Part shown: positions 1 through 13,439 of the stretch, one piece after another | How positions within the stretch are numbered: the stretch's first letter is position 1 | Layout: each line of letters starts with the position of its first letter | From: Azolla caroliniana | Taxonomy: Eukaryota > Plantae > Polypodiophyta | Length of the DNA stretch: 64,000 bases | Assembly: GCA_043228905.1 (NCBI GenBank) | Contig: JBHGNT010000001.1 | Coordinates: 24,118,001 to 24,182,000, forward strand | Reading direction: 5' to 3' | Position numbers and translations under genes: made by a program | Notes under the pieces: model-generated | Told to the model about the DNA's origin: nothing | Seen by the model: only the letters and a program-made list of their open reading frames with translations | The model's database searches: none

Positions 1-1391
1 TCTGCAAGCCTCTTCATCCCCTTCTCACTCATGTGGCACAGTCTTTTGTGCCACAGCTCACCGGCAGTGTCGGCTGCCACATTCAACTCTTCCGGACATA
101 ACCGGGCATTCATCAGGTACAGTGTGTTGTCTTTCCGGGCCCGAGCCACTATCAGGCTCCCTTTGCTGAACTTCATTACGCCGTTCCGGATGCTACCTGT
201 GTAGCCTTCATCGTCTAGCCTCCCGACCGAAATCAGGTTCAATCGAACCTCCGGAACGTGTCGGACATCCTTCAGCAGCATTTTGCATCCGGTTGGGGTT
301 GTCAACCACACGTCTCCTATGCCGGCAATCCGGCACGTACCTTCATTTCCCATCCGAACACAGCCATGCTCACCGGCTGTGTAGGATGAGAAGTATCTTC
401 TCTCCGGGGTCAGGTGGAACGATGCTCCGGAATCGACCACCCAGGTCGTCTCATCGCCGGCAATGTTTAGTTCACCTTCTTCGGTGATGAGCATGATTTC
501 TTCCTCACTTGCCGCGAGTGCCGTTGTTCCTTTCCGGTCCTGCCCTCGCCGATCCGAACCTCTCCGGTCCGTGGCTCCCCGGTATGCACCGTTTCTCTCC
601 GGTGACTTCTTCGAATCGGTGTCGTCGGCTCCGTTGTCTTTTCGGTAATGCCGACAATTCTTTCGGAAATGCCCCGGCTTCCCACAGTGGAAGCATGTGG
701 GCCTTCCTCTTGACTGCGACCGGGTCCCCGACTTCTCCCGTCTTTGCGGACTCCGGTTCCAGTGTCTTCCCCGATCCGATTCGGTAAGCAGCGCCTTCGA
801 GTCGGAGGCCGGTTCTTTATCTCTCCGACGCGCTTCTTCGTTCAAAATACTTGTCTTTACCGTTTGTAAGGACATGTTGTCTTCGGTGCAGGAGGTGCTG
901 AGAGTCACCACCAAGTTCTCCCAGCTTTCCGGCAATGTACACATCAGGATGATGGCTTGCATTGCATCCTCCAACGGGAACTTGATCGCCGCAAGCTGAT
1001 TCACGAATCCCATGAACGTGCTAACGTGTTCCACCATACTCTCGCCGTCCCGGTACTTGAGATTCACTATCTTCCTCATCAGGGAGGTCCGGTTCAACGC
1101 ATTCTTCCTCTCATAGAGGCCCGACAGCTTCCGCCACATCTCATATGCGTTGGTGTCGTTCGCCACATGTTGTAGAACGCTCACGTCGACGTATTGCCGA
1201 ATGGTTGCAACGGCTTTCCGGTTCAGAAGCCTCCATTCCGACTCAAGTACCCCTTTCGGTATTTCCGACCTGTCAATCGGTTCGTACAGGTCCCGAACAA
1301 TCAGAATATCCTCCATCTTGATCTTCCAGTCGGCGTAATTCTGCGCATTCAGCACCATCATCCCCGGCTGCCCGCTGCCGCCGCCTTCCAT
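1..1391 (-). CDS. copia gag-pol polyprotein, N-terminal part (gag, zinc knuckle, protease, GAG-pre-integrase), apparently open to the window edge
   Basis: Starts MEGGGSGQPGMMVLNAQNYADWKIKMEDIL at 1391. The same frame reads ELWHKRLCHMSEKGMKRLA at 3-59 and includes CFHCGKPGH and WVVDSGASFH motifs. No terminated ORF in this frame appears in the ORF track. Confidence 0.82.
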   Translation of the reverse strand, partial: MEGGGSGQPGMMVLNAQNYADWKIKMEDILIVRDLYEPIDRSEIPKGVLESEWRLLNRKAVATIRQYVDVSVLQHVANDTNAYEMWRKLSGLYERKNALNRTSLMRKIVNLKYRDGESMVEHVSTFMGFVNQLAAIKFPLEDAMQAIILMCTLPESWENLVVTLSTSCTEDNMSLQTVKTSILNEEARRRDKEPASDSKALLTESDRGRHWNRSPQRREKSGTRSQSRGRPTCFHCGKPGHFRKNCRHYRKDNGADDTDSKKSPERNGAYRGATDRRGSDRRGQDRKGTTALAASEEEIMLITEEGELNIAGDETTWVVDSGASFHLTPERRYFSSYTAGEHGCVRMGNEGTCRIAGIGDVWLTTPTGCKMLLKDVRHVPEVRLNLISVGRLDDEGYTGSIRNGVMKFSKGSLIVARARKDNTLYLMNARLCPEELNVAADTAGELWHKRLCHMSEKGMKRLA

Positions 1392-2030
1392 TTTCTGCAG
1401 CAACCCGCTCTGATACCAGTTTGTTGGGAATCGTCGCTTCGATTCACCTTCACCACTCGGCCACAACCGAGTAATCGCGAATCAATGCAGCAGAAAATAG
1501 GAACCACAGAGAGAAACACACGTATACACAGGGATTAACGTGGAAAACCCTAGATGGGAAAAACCACGGGAGTACAAGACTCCAAACCAACACTATACAA
1601 AGAGAAGTATACAATGGCGAGCTGCAAGGCGACGACCTTGAGCTCGCTGTCCTCGCCACAGGCGGCGGAAATACACAGAGGCGTCGTCCTCTTCCTCTCT
1701 CGCGCTCTATCTCTCTCTCTCTCTCACGGCTGCTCTCTCTTCACTCCTCTAGAGTGGAAAAACAGAAAAATGAATAGCAACATTAAAACAGTTTGCCCTA
1801 AGTCATATTTATACATATATGACTTTGGGGCTATTTACAACTATAGCCTCAGGGGCCCGTAGCAAACATATTCACGGATATGTCCCTGCATCCGGATCGC
1901 TCTCCGGGTACATTCGTCATCCGGCTCCGAAGCCGGGGTCTTCATCATCCGGTTCCGAAACCGAAACCGGGCTCGTCGGCATTCATCTCCGACATCCGAC
2001 CATCCCATCCGAAGGGACCGTAATCCAACA
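1..2030 (-). mobile_element. Ty1/copia LTR retrotransposon, 5' part (element A): 5' LTR 1422-2030, PBS 1407-1418, gag-pol running off the window
   Basis: LTR termini TGTTGG...CCAACA. PBS TGGTATCAGAGC (tRNA-iMet) on the minus strand. The element interrupts the gypsy integrase C-terminus (HNVFHVSLL|) at 2031. Confidence 0.93.
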
Positions 2031-5000
2031 GAAGGGAGACATGGAATACATTATGAATACAGAAGTGGGATGGTAGCTCTAAGCGGACAGCCATGGAACC
2101 AATTTTCTCGATGATTCGGAAAGGGCCTAACTTCTTGTAATCAAGCTTCAGACAAGGACGAGTGGTGGCAATATTGTGACAAAGAAGCCAAACAAAGTCA
2201 TCTACCTCAAACCGGGGAGCATCTAAGTGAAGGCGGTCAACTTGCTCCTTGTAGCGTTCGCCAACGAGGGTGAGCTCCAAGGAAAGATCGCAATGTACAT
2301 CCTCCAATAGATGTGCTCGGTCCTCCGCAGAAGGATTGACAGAGTCCAAGGGAAGCGAAATGTTGAAGTGGGGGTGGAGACCGTAGTTTGCGAAAAATGG
2401 AGTAACTCCCGTAGATGCATGCAAAGAGTTGTTGTAGGTGAACTCGGTAAGTGGGAGAAGGTCAACCCGGTTGTCTTGTTGGTAGCCAAGAGAGCAACGC
2501 AAGCATTGTTCCAAGATTTGGTTCAGTTTGCGGATGATAGGCGGAAGACAAATTCACAGTACAACCGAAGGTTTGCAGAAGGTGCCGCCAGAAATTGGAA
2601 ACAAGTCCATGTAGTCGAACCACGTTTATGAAAAACAAATCGGTTGTCTCCTCTATGGTAATGGTTTTGGCACATGGAGCAAAATTAGCCATCTTGGTGA
2701 AGCAATAGACCATGACGAATACCTAGTCATAGTCACCAACAAAAGGAAGGCCAATTATGAAATCCATGGAAAGAGAGGCCCAAGGCCGTTTGGGGATGGG
2801 AGAGGGTGAAGGAGACCATATGGTTGATGATGAGATGCTTTAGAGCGAGCACAAACGTCGCATGATTTAACAAACTCCTTGACCAATTTCCATGGTTGTG
2901 GCCACCAATACCCCCAAGATATCAACTCCAAGGTTTTCGCAACGCCAAAATGACCAACAAGTGGATCTCGTGACACTCGTGAAGCACCATGGTCCGACAA
3001 GGACCTTCTGGGACATACAAAAGATTATCTTGAAACAAAAGATTATCCTGAATTGTAAAACGAGCTAAATCGGTCCTTTTGGGTTCGTGGGAGGAGTTTG
3101 TGATACTTGCCTTGACCTCTATGGTGAATTTGTCAGTCGTAGTGGCTTTTACTATTTGCTTGAGCAAAGAGTCATCCCGGTGCAAGCAAGTCGCGAAGTT
3201 GTAGAATTGGTCACGCTTTAACAAACTCTGGGCCTGCTGAACATAGGCTTCATCCTCCGGAGTGAGCTCGAACTCAGACTGGCGGGATAAGACATCAATC
3301 GTTGTGTGTTGAGTGTCAGGTTGAAAGATTATCTCAAAATCATAGTCTGCCAAGAAGGTTGATCATCGCACTTGTCTACGATTTAAGGTTCGTGTAGTAG
3401 AAAAGTATATTAGATTTTTGTGATCAGTAATCACTTGGATACGGTGTTGTGCCCCGACTAAATAGGCTCTCCATTCTTCAAAAGAAGTAATAATAGCGAG
3501 AAACTCCTTGTCGTATATGGGGTAGTTGATTTCTGGGGCCGTGAATTTGTGGGAGTAGTACGCCACCGGGTGAAGCACACCGACCTCATCTAATTGGGAG
3601 AGAATCACCCCAATGGCGAAATCGGAAGCATCCATTTCGACTTGAAAAGGCTTAGTGGGGTCAGGATGTAAGGGGACTGGTGCCATAGTAATGGTTTGTT
3701 TCAGCAAGTCGAACGCATTTTGTGCAGTTGTTGTCCATTCGAAAGTAGCATCCTTGCGGGTAAGATCAATGAGAGGTTGTGCAACCACTGAGAATCCTTT
3801 GATGAAGCGACGATAAAAATTGGCAAAACTAAGGAATGATTGCACATCTCATACCCACGTTGGGACAACCCACTCTTGGATAGTCTTGACTTTTTGTGTG
3901 TCCATTGTGATTCCCTGTGTTGAAATGACATACCCAAGAAACTCTACAGAAGTACGATCAAATTCACATTTTTCACTTTTAGCATAGAGTCCATGCTTGT
4001 GAAGTTTGGCGCAGACTAACCTGACATGTCGAGTATGCTCTTTGATGTTCAAAGAGAAGACCAAGATATCATCTAGATAGATCACAACAAAGTGATCTAG
4101 ATATTCTCGGAAGATGTCATCATATGTTGAAATACTGCAAGAGCATTACTGAGGCTGAAAGGCATTACCTTATACTCGAAATGACCGTAGCATGTTCTAA
4201 AGGCAGTTTTCCATTCATCTCTAGGTTTGATCCGTACCATATTGTATGCTCCCCCCCGTAGGTCAATCTTAGAGAAGATCCGCCCAATTCGGAGTCGATC
4301 CAACAACTATGGGATGAGAGGTAGTGGGTAGTGGTTGCGAATAGTAATCTTGTTTAGACCTCGATAGTCGACGCAAAGGCGTAAGGAGCCATCTTTCTTT
4401 TTCACGAACAAAATAGGAGCTCCTGCTGGTGATTTTGAGGGTTGAATAAAACCCTTTTCAAGGTTCTCGTCGAGATAAGTTCGGAGTGCTTGGAGTTTTG
4501 GTTCTGACAACCCATAAATTGGGCCAAAGGGAGGACTGGCACCTTCTTGTAGATCAATCGGACAGTCCTAGCGTCCATGCTTAGGCAAGTGATCAACATT
4601 CTTTTTCTCAAACACATCCATGAATTCTTCATACTTGGATGGTAGTGAGTCAGTACCTATCCTCATTGGATTGCTCGACTCAAAGGCACTATGCACTATT
4701 TTCCTTGTTGTGACTGGGATGTGAGCATCCGCCTTGGAGTTAACTACTACTTTAATGGGAGGGCGAGCGCTTGCTGCAACATGAGATACTGCTTGCACCT
4801 CTGAGCTGGTTTGGGAGAAAGTAATTGAGTGATTGCGCCAATCAACAAGTGGATTCTATGCCTTCAGCTAAGACAAACCAAGGATGGCCGGATGTCACGG
4901 TGAAGTGATAACATAAGATGTTAAGGCCTCCTGGTGGTCCCCGAGCTATAAAATAAGTGGGACAGTGGCTTCAGTGATTGCTCTCGGAGAAAGCATGCGT

Positions 5001-6423
5001 CCATCAATAGCTTCCACTGGGATTGTCTTGGACAATCGGACAACCAAAAATTGGTGTTTATGAACGAACCTTTCGTCCATAAAACACGTTGTTGCCCCGG
5101 AATTGAGAAGTGCTAAGGACCTAATTGAAATCGACTTGAAATGGATGCTTATTGGAAAGGAGAAATCTTCTGTCTATGTAGTCGAACTATGGGAGTGACA
5201 TGAATGCAGATTGTCCAACCACATGGCTCCTATTGTAGTTGGACACCGTCGTTTTCCGGTTGTTGGGGCCATCTTGTCATATTGTTTGTAGATATTTGTC
5301 GTTGAATATTCTTGATTGGGCAAAAACGAATTAGATGGGTGGATGCACCACAATATAAACATAGTCTGTTGGTTTGGCGATACCTCCGTTCAGCCTCGGT
5401 GAGTGGCGGGGTGCGAGCTCGATCAATTTCCATTGGCACGGGGTCATCGTACGATGACGATGGAGAAGATCTCGAAGAGGGTCGCCACCTTGAAGTTGCT
5501 CATTCCTCTTGACAAAGCTCAAACAACAAATTGCTTGTGTGATGGCTTGCGACAATGACGTAGGCTCCGGAAAGTTGAGTAGTAAATTTTTAATCTCGCT
5601 TCAAAGGCCCCAATGAAAATGGTCGCAGAGCGCTTGGCCATCCCACTGAACATAACATGCTAATTGTCTAAATTCAGATGCATAAACAGATACTGGATGC
5701 ATACCTTGATGTAATGAATAGAGTTTGGTAATGGCAGTTCGGCGTCGGTTCGTATCCCCAAATGTTGCCTCAAACTCTGCCAGAAAGGTAGGAAAATTTT
5801 GTAGAAGTGGTGATGAAGTTTCGACCAACGATGCAAACCAGGCATGTGCAGCTCCTGACAGAAGGGTTCCGATGAGACCAACTTGACGAAAATCATCCAC
5901 ATACCGTTGAGGTTGTAGTTGGATAATAAGCTTGATCTTATCTATGAACCCTCAAAAGTGTAGTGGGATGGCATCGAACTTGTCAGGTAAACTAATCTTG
6001 GGCTCCATACTTGTAGTGGGATGGCAAGGAGTTGGAGAAAGCCTAGATGAGGAACCATGCTATGTAGGTAGGACATTTGTTGATGCAGGAGGAGAGTTGT
6101 TTTTTTCTTCGAGTTCCATTGGTGTTCCAACATGAAGCTTCCGTAACGATTCCCGAAGGTTGTCATTCTCAAGTTGAAGTGGATGCATGGCTTCCATGAG
6201 CTGATTTATTCTCTCGGTAAGATCCAACATGGTGAGGCTTAGAAGATGCACTCTCTAGAAGGTTATTGAAAGTTCTAGTGATCAATCCATAATGAAATAA
6301 GTTGAATCTTATACAATAGAATAATGCATAGATGGATGTAGCTCAACTGGTAAGGTTTCCCAATTAGACTAGAAGGTCATGGGTTCAACCCCCACCATTC
6401 CATGTTGCATCCTGTCTATGACA
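2031..6423 (-). mobile_element. Degenerate Ty3/gypsy chromovirus-like (Tcn1-like) retrotransposon (element B)
   Basis: Fragmented gag (PMEID, CLYCGASTH), protease (ALLNSGAT), RT ([30 protein letters not shown]), RNase H (DASDFAIG) and integrase (GHFGVAKT, GPFRI), with many stops and frameshifts. The 5' terminus TGTCATAG at 6423 abuts copia integrase. Confidence 0.92.
6332..6403 (+). other. tRNA-like Pol III cassette inside the 5' LTR of gypsy element B (antisense to the element)
   Basis: A-box TAGCTCAACTGG 6339-6350. T-arm ATGGG-TTCAACC-CCCAC 6379-6395. Partial acceptor stem (TGGATG/CATTCCA). No intact anticodon arm. Confidence 0.72.
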
Positions 6424-6960
6424 GGTTGTTCGATTCATCCTCTCTGCAAGCCCATTAAACTCAGGGGTCTTAGGCACTAGGTATATTCGAGTCGAATACC
6501 TTGGGACTTGCAATACTCTTTGAACTGACCTCTATACTCGCTAGCATTGGCGGTTTGGACAACCTTCAGCTTCCGACTCGACTCTCTTTCAACTCTGACA
6601 TGGAAGCAAGCCCATTAAACTCAGGGGTCTTAGGCACTAGGTATATTCGAGTCGAATACCTTGGGACTTGCAATACTCTTTGAACTGACCTCTATACTCG
6701 CTAGCATTGGCGGTTTGGACAACCTTCAGCTTCCGACTCGACTCTCTTTCAACTCTGACATGGAAAGCTTTGAAGAACGATAGTACTTTATCCTTCGACT
6801 TTAGTACGAAAGCCGACAACTTTCGACTATAGTTGTCAATGAACGTTACAAAGTATTGTCCGCCATGATGTGATGGAGCATCCACATAGCACACGTCTGT
6901 GTGTACTAGTTTCAATGCAACTTCTCTTCTATTTGGTGGTCTCGAGTGGAATGCAACTTC
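6424..6960 (-). mobile_element. copia integrase fragment (element C), host of gypsy element B
   Basis: LVHTDVC, YFVTFID and PEFNGLAERMNRT motifs on the minus strand. Confidence 0.85.
6446..6765. repeat. Tandem duplication, 2 x 160 bp, in copia integrase
   Basis: 6446-6605 and 6606-6765 look identical (GCAAGCCCATTAAAC...CATGGAA). Confidence 0.93.
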
Positions 6961-7379
6961 TCTTTGGCTTTGTCCGAATCAGCTCTTTTCTTCCAACACT
7001 CGCTTTCTTTGTGGCCCTTCCAGCCACAATACCAACATTCTGTGTCGACTTTTCCTTGTCGACTTCCAGCGCTGCTTTGACTCCCCCTATTTCCGAAGTG
7101 TCCAGAATTGCTGTTGGCACCATCTTTGTGCCTTCGATTTTGCTCTTGTCAGCCGCCTACATTGCGCGTCGATCCGCCTCATCCACGGGGCCTCTCTGCC
7201 TTCGTGGATAGCATCTTGTTGTCGGTGTGTGTGCTTGTCCACACACCCGCGTGGTTCTCCTCTACAAGGAGCATCGATTGTAAGTCGAAAAACGAGGGAA
7301 AATTCTCCCTTGTACATACTGCAATCTGGAATGCTCCGAACTTCGACGCCATGCTCCCGAGATAGACCTACACCATCTT

Positions 7380-10300
7380 ATCTTCCTCGATGATCACGTA
7401 GATGGAGGCAGGTGAATCACAGATGTCTTTAATCCGGGCCGTATTGTCAGCCACCAACATGTCCTTCTGTTGGACATTGCTCAACTCCTGTCAGAGTTGT
7501 AGCTTTCGGGCCGTGTTGCTTGCGGCGAAAACCTTTTTCAAGTTTCCCCAAGCTTCCTTTGGTGTCTTGGCATCCCAGATATGGATGAGCAGTTGATCAC
7601 CGACCCTAGACAAGAAGTAGTACATTACCCTACTTGCCACTTGTTCCCAAGCTGGAAAGTCCCTGTGTGCCACATCAGGTGCCGTATCATTAGCTCAGTC
7701 AACATAACTCCAGTAGCCATGTCAAAGCAGGTGCTGGTGCATCTTGTACGACCAAGATGCATAGTTGGATCTGTCGAGCTTCTCAGTCGGTAGTGAGCTA
7801 GCTATTCCTCGGTCCATTCTCTCTGTCATGTTCTTTATCGGGTGTTAGGGCTTGTCTGTGCCAAAGGAAGGAACTAGACCGGATGGATCTGGAAGATATC
7901 AAGAAACCGGATCAAATGGATCCGGTTGGCATCCGACCAGGCATTAGTTTATGTATATGTTCCAATGTGACTGTTGAGGTCACATTTGTAAATAACCCTA
8001 AAGTTATAATAGTATAAATATAACTTGGGCAATATTGTTAGATGTGTGTTATTATCATTATTGTTTTATTGAGTGAGAGAGATAGAGAGAGAGAAACAAC
8101 AAGTTTTCTGTTGTAACCGCCGATAGGCGAAGAAAGATTAGAGGTTGTTGCCTATGTGTCTCCCATTTATCCTTCCTCTCTCATAGTGATAGTTGGATTT
8201 TGTGGGCTCCCGTGGTTTTTCTCGATCAGGGCTTTCCACATTAATACTTTGTCTCATCTCATTTTCTATTTCCTGTTTCTTCCATTGAGTGATTGAGACT
8301 CGGTTTTGGCCGAGCACTATTCCGCACGATTTGGTATCAGAGCATGGAAGATCCATTCGACGCCATGTTCCAGCTAACCAGCTCCAACTACCCAGTTTGG
8401 AAGTCGAAGATAAGGGACATGTTAGTGGTCAAAGATCTATGGCTGCCAGTACAGTTTGGAGACAAAAGGCCAGATAAAATGGATGTTGCAACCTGGGAGG
8501 TGATGCATATGAAGATGAAGACATACATAAGATACTTCATCGACATGAGCCTGTACAACAACTTCAACGAAGAAAGTAAGGCTCATGTGCTCTAGGAGAA
8601 AATCGGTACTATGCTGGAGAATAAGACTCTTGTGAATTGGGTCTTAGTATTCCGGAGGTTAGTGAGACTTTGATACCAAGACATATCCAGTATGGTGGAG
8701 CACATGAATGCCTTTCAGGGGCTGATAAATCAAACAACCTCGTTGGAAGTACCTCTAGCCGACGAGGTACTCGCATTGCTGCTGCTCGGTTCCCTCCCGG
8801 ATAGTTGGGGGACGCTAGTTGTCACTTTAGGCAACATCGGGCCGGAAGGACCAGGAATCGGAACCGATCCGAAGGCCTTGGTTACGGAAGACAAGAATAA
8901 CCGGGGAAGAAGCCGGAATTGGAGTCCCCAGAACCGGGACAAATCGGGGACGAGGTCGAAGTCAAGGGGAGGCCCACGTGCTTCTATTGTGGGAAGCTTG
9001 GGCATTTCCAGAAGAATTGTTGACACTTCTGGAAGGAGAAAGGAACCGACAATGCCGACTCGAAGAAGGGTCCGGACTGGAGAAGTTCGGATCGGAAAGG
9101 AATGTTGGCAATCACAACAAACGAAGAAGAACTATTGCTCATCACCGAGGAAAACAAGTTGGACCTTGTTAGTGATGAGACAACATGGGTGGTTGTCTCC
9201 GGAGCGTCGTTCCATCTAACCCTCGACCAAAAGTGCTTCTCATGTTATAGAGCCGGAGATCACGGTTCTGTCCGGATGGGAAATGAAGGTGCATGCTGAA
9301 TTGTCGGCATAGGAGATGTGTGGTTGACGACGTCAACCGTGTGCAAACTGTTGTTGAAAGATGTCTGACACATTCTGGAGGTTCGGTTGAACCTGATATC
9401 AGTCGGTCGGCTGGATGATAAAGGCTACATGGGTAGCATCCGGAACAGAGTCATGAAGTTCAGCAAAGGAAGCTTGATCGTGGCCCGAGCTCGGAAGATC
9501 AACGCCCTGTATCTGATGCATGCCTGGATTTGACAGGGAAGAAGTGAACGTGGTATCCGACACTTCTAGTGAGTTGTGGCACAAGAGGTTGTGCCACATG
9601 AGCGAGAAAGGGATGCGAAGCCTTGCCGAGGACAACCTCATTCCAGAGGTGAAAGACGTGCAGCTTGAGAAGTGCACTGGCAGTTTGGCCGACAAACAAA
9701 ACCAAACCTCTTTCTGAACCCGACCACCGACGAGACAGAAAGAACCACTAGAACTTGTGCATACTGATGTATGCCAAGTGGACACGAAGTCACATGCCGA
9801 ATCGCAGTACTTCATGACGTTCATAGGTGACCACAACTGGAAGATATGGGTCTCACTATTGGAGACAAAGGACCAAGTATTATCTGTCTTCAAGGATTCC
9901 CACGTGAGAGTGGAAAGGGAAACCGGCTGGAAGCTGAAGGCGGTTCGAGGGGACAATGGAGTCGAATACCAGGGGCAATTTGAGGAGTACTGCCAGTCAA
10001 AGGTAATCTGGCTCGAATTTACCGTGCCGAAGACACAAGAACTGAATGGACTAGCTGAAAGAATGAACCGGATTGTGATGGAGAGAGTCCTGGAGCATGC
10101 TTGCTGATGCCAAGTTGTCCAAGACGTTTTGGGCTGAGGCGTTGATGACGACGGTGTACGTGATAAATAGATCACCCTCAGCACCCTAGGACAGAAACAC
10201 ACCACAAAGAGTATTGACCGGTAAAGACGTGTCTTACCAACATCTGAAGGTGTTTGGTTGTCTCCCCTACATGCATGTAGCAAAGGACAAGAGAGGAAAA

Positions 10301-13172
10301 TTGGATCTGAAGTCCCGACCATGCATATTCCTTGGATACGGCGATGATGAGTTCGGCTACAGAGTGTGGGACTTGGTCGACAAAAAGGTTTTCCGGAGTC
10401 GAGACATAGTCTTCATGGAAGACAAGACCATTGCCGACTAGGAGTCGGAGAAGAAGATAGTGGACTCCAAGTCGACCGATAGAAATTTGTTGGAAGATGC
10501 TAGGACACATCTAGTCATAAGCCGGATGTCAACCGAAGACCATGATGAACCGACCGGATGCGGACAGAGAACCGAATCGACTGAAGAAGAAGAATCAGAC
10601 ACCGGAACCGAACAAGACCCCAAACCGGATTCGGATGAAGAACAGACAGAGGAACCGGTGGTCAAAAACCAAGGACGTAGATACCGTCTAAGAGAGAGAA
10701 GGCCCCCCAGAGATTTCCTGATGCAGAGCATGTCTTATTGACCAACAAGGGGGACCCATAAAGCTTTGAAGAAGGAAAGTAAGACACCCATAGCCGCACG
10801 TGATTAAGTGCCATGCAGGACGAGATGGATTCCCTACATGAGAACCACACATATGAATTGACTGAGCTGCAAAAAGGAAAGAGAGCGCTCCAGAAGAAGT
10901 GGGTGTACAAGCTAAAACCAGGATTGAGATACAAAGCCCGGATCGTGGCGAAAGGGTTCCAACAGAAGAAGGGAGTGCATTTCAACAAGATCTTTGCCTC
11001 GGTAGTAAAAATGACATCCATCCGGACTGTGTTGAGCATAACGGCAAGCATGGACCTCGAGGTCGAGCAACAAGACGTCAAGACAACATTCTTACACGTT
11101 GACCTCGAAGAAGAGATCTACATGCAACAACCGGACGGATTGTCAAGAACGGGAAGGAGCACCTATTGTGCCGGTTGAAGAAGCGCTTATACGGATTGAA
11201 GCAAGCTCCCCGACAATGGTACCGGAAGTTTGACTCTTTCATGAGCGATCAAGGATACCACAAGATGTAGGCTGAGCACTACATGTTTGTGAAGAAATTT
11301 GACAAAGGCGACTTCCTAATACTCCTGTTATATGTGGACGACATGTTGATCGTCGGACCGGACCAAATCAAAATCAAGATTGTGAAGAAGGCCTTGAACC
11401 AGACCTTCTCAATGAAAGTTCTAGGTCCAGCGAGGCAGGTCCAATGAATGCATATAATCCAAAATCGATCAAAGAAACGGTTGTGGTTGTCACAAGAGAA
11501 GTACGTAACAAAGGTACTCCAATGATTCATCATGTTAGATGCTAAGCCAGTCGGGTCGACACTTCCGGGAAACTGCAAGCTATTCGAGAAACAAAGCTTG
11601 AGAAGTCGGAGATGATGCAGATACCGTATGCCTTTGTAGTTGGAAGCCTCATGTACACAATGGTGTGTACATGACAGGATATCGGATATGCAGTTAGAGT
11701 GGTCAGCCCATTCATGAGCAATCCGAGAAGAGAACATTGGGTCGCTGTCAAGTGGATACTCCAGTTTTTGAAAGGCACCTCAAGCATGTGTCTCCGGTTC
11801 GGCTCTAGTAAACCCCTATTGGAAGGCTTTACGGATTCAGACATGTCGGCTGATGTAGACACCATCAAGTCCATGTTCGGATACATCATGACCTATGTAG
11901 GGGGAGCAGTATCATGGCAATCAAGATTGCAGAAATTGGTGACATTGTCAACAACGGAAGCGGAATACATGGCGGTTGTAGAAGTCGGCAAGGAAGTAAT
12001 CTAGATGAAGGACTTCATCGGAGAGTTAAGGATCCGGTAGGAAGAATTCTAGCTCTACTGCGACAGTCAAACCACCATCCACCTTTCAAAGAATGCAACC
12101 TACCACTCCCGGACCAAGCACATCCAGAGGAGATATCACTGGCTCCGGGAGAAAGTAGAAGATAAAGAGTTTTCACTAACGAAAATCCACACTGAGGAGA
12201 ACGGGTTGGACATGCTAATCAAGATGTTGTCACCTCAGAAGTTGGACGTGTGTCAGAAACTAATTGGATTGAAAATACATCCCATGCCAGAGTGAAGGGG
12301 GAGTTTGTTGGGAATTCGGTCCCTCTGGATGGGATCCATATGAGAACCAGTGAGCCGGATAGGACGCGCCGAAGGAAGGAACCGGACCGAATGGATTCGA
12401 AAGATATCAGAAAACCAGATCGGATGGATCCGGTTGGCATCCGACCAAACATTAGTTTATGTATATGTTCCTATGCGAATGTTGAGGTCACATCTGTAAA
12501 TAACCCTAAAGTTATATGAGTATAAATATAACTAGGGAAATACTGGTAGATGTGTGTTATCATCATTATTGTTGTATAGAGTGGGAGAGAGAGAGAGAAA
12601 CAACGAGTTCTTTGTTGTAACCGCCGGTAGGCGAAGAAAGAGTTAAAGGTCGTTGCCTCTGTGTCTCCCATTGTATCCTTCCTCTCTCATAGTGATAGTT
12701 GGAGTCTGTGGGCTCCCGTGGTTTTTCCTAATCAGGGCTTTCCACATTAATACTCTGTGTCGTCTCATTTCTATTTCCTATTTCTTCCATTGAGTGTTTG
12801 AGACTCGGTTGTGGCCGAGCATTATTCCGCACAAAGAATATAACTCAATTCAACAATAATAATACTCTGTACATACAAATGTCCTACAAAACAATTTTTA
12901 TACAAGTCCTTTAAAGGACTAACAAAAGTACTGACATGTACTTCAATGCTCATATGAGTGACTAACACTAACTCCAAGAAATATGCCTACATACTAGGCT
13001 CGGACCGTAGGCTTGGACCGTAGGCTCCAACAGCCTACCGGTTCTCACTATTCCGAAGTACGATCCGGTTCTCTGGTCCGGCTCTAGGTTCCGGATACCG
13101 ATCTATTTGGACACCGATCCGACTCTAGCTTATTCAATCGATTTGGATTCGGTTGAGCTTGCATGCACAACA
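7380..13172 (-). mobile_element. copia-derived element E, related to the 18983-21013 family: gag fragment about 7400-7816 and 5' LTR remnant 12834-13172, split by element D
   Basis: The gag MDRGIASSLPTEKLDRSNYASWSYKMHQ matches the gag at 19500. The LTR end TGTTGTGCATGCAAGCTCAACCG (minus) resembles TGTTGAGCGGCAAGCTCAACCGG at 18983. Confidence 0.7.
7864..12833 (+). mobile_element. Near full-length degenerate Ty1/copia element D: 5'-truncated 5' LTR to 8328, PBS 8332-8343, gag-pol pseudogene about 8344-12290, PPT, 3' LTR 12306-12833
   Basis: Paired LTRs, PBS TGGTATCAGAGC and PPT AGTGAAGGGGGAG. Domain order gag-PR-INT-RT-RH (YKARIVAKG, LYVDDML, LSTTEAEY) with many stops. Confidence 0.93.
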
Positions 13173-13439
13173 ACTTTGAAAAGATGAATATGTCGAAGCT
13201 AAATAGATCTTACCGGCTCAGTCATATAGCAACAGAAACCACAGAGAATGGAATACGTAGAGTAGGTGAGAGAGAGACAAAGACAGAGAGAGCAGGACAA
13301 CGAATCTCTATTTCAAAAAGCTTTGTAAAAACTTTGTACATACAAATGTGCATCATAGCACTTTTTATACCATTCCTTAAAAGGATTGACAGAATTACGT
13401 ACAAGTACTTCAATGCGCGTATTGAGCGACAGACACTAA

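Noticed and set aside
6332-6403. Functional tRNA gene
   Set aside because: No intact anticodon arm and it lies inside an LTR. The same applies to 59364-59437 and 60750-60822. Reported as tRNA-like only.
9399-10322. 307-aa minus-strand ORF
   Set aside because: Antisense shadow of copia integrase with no independent protein features.
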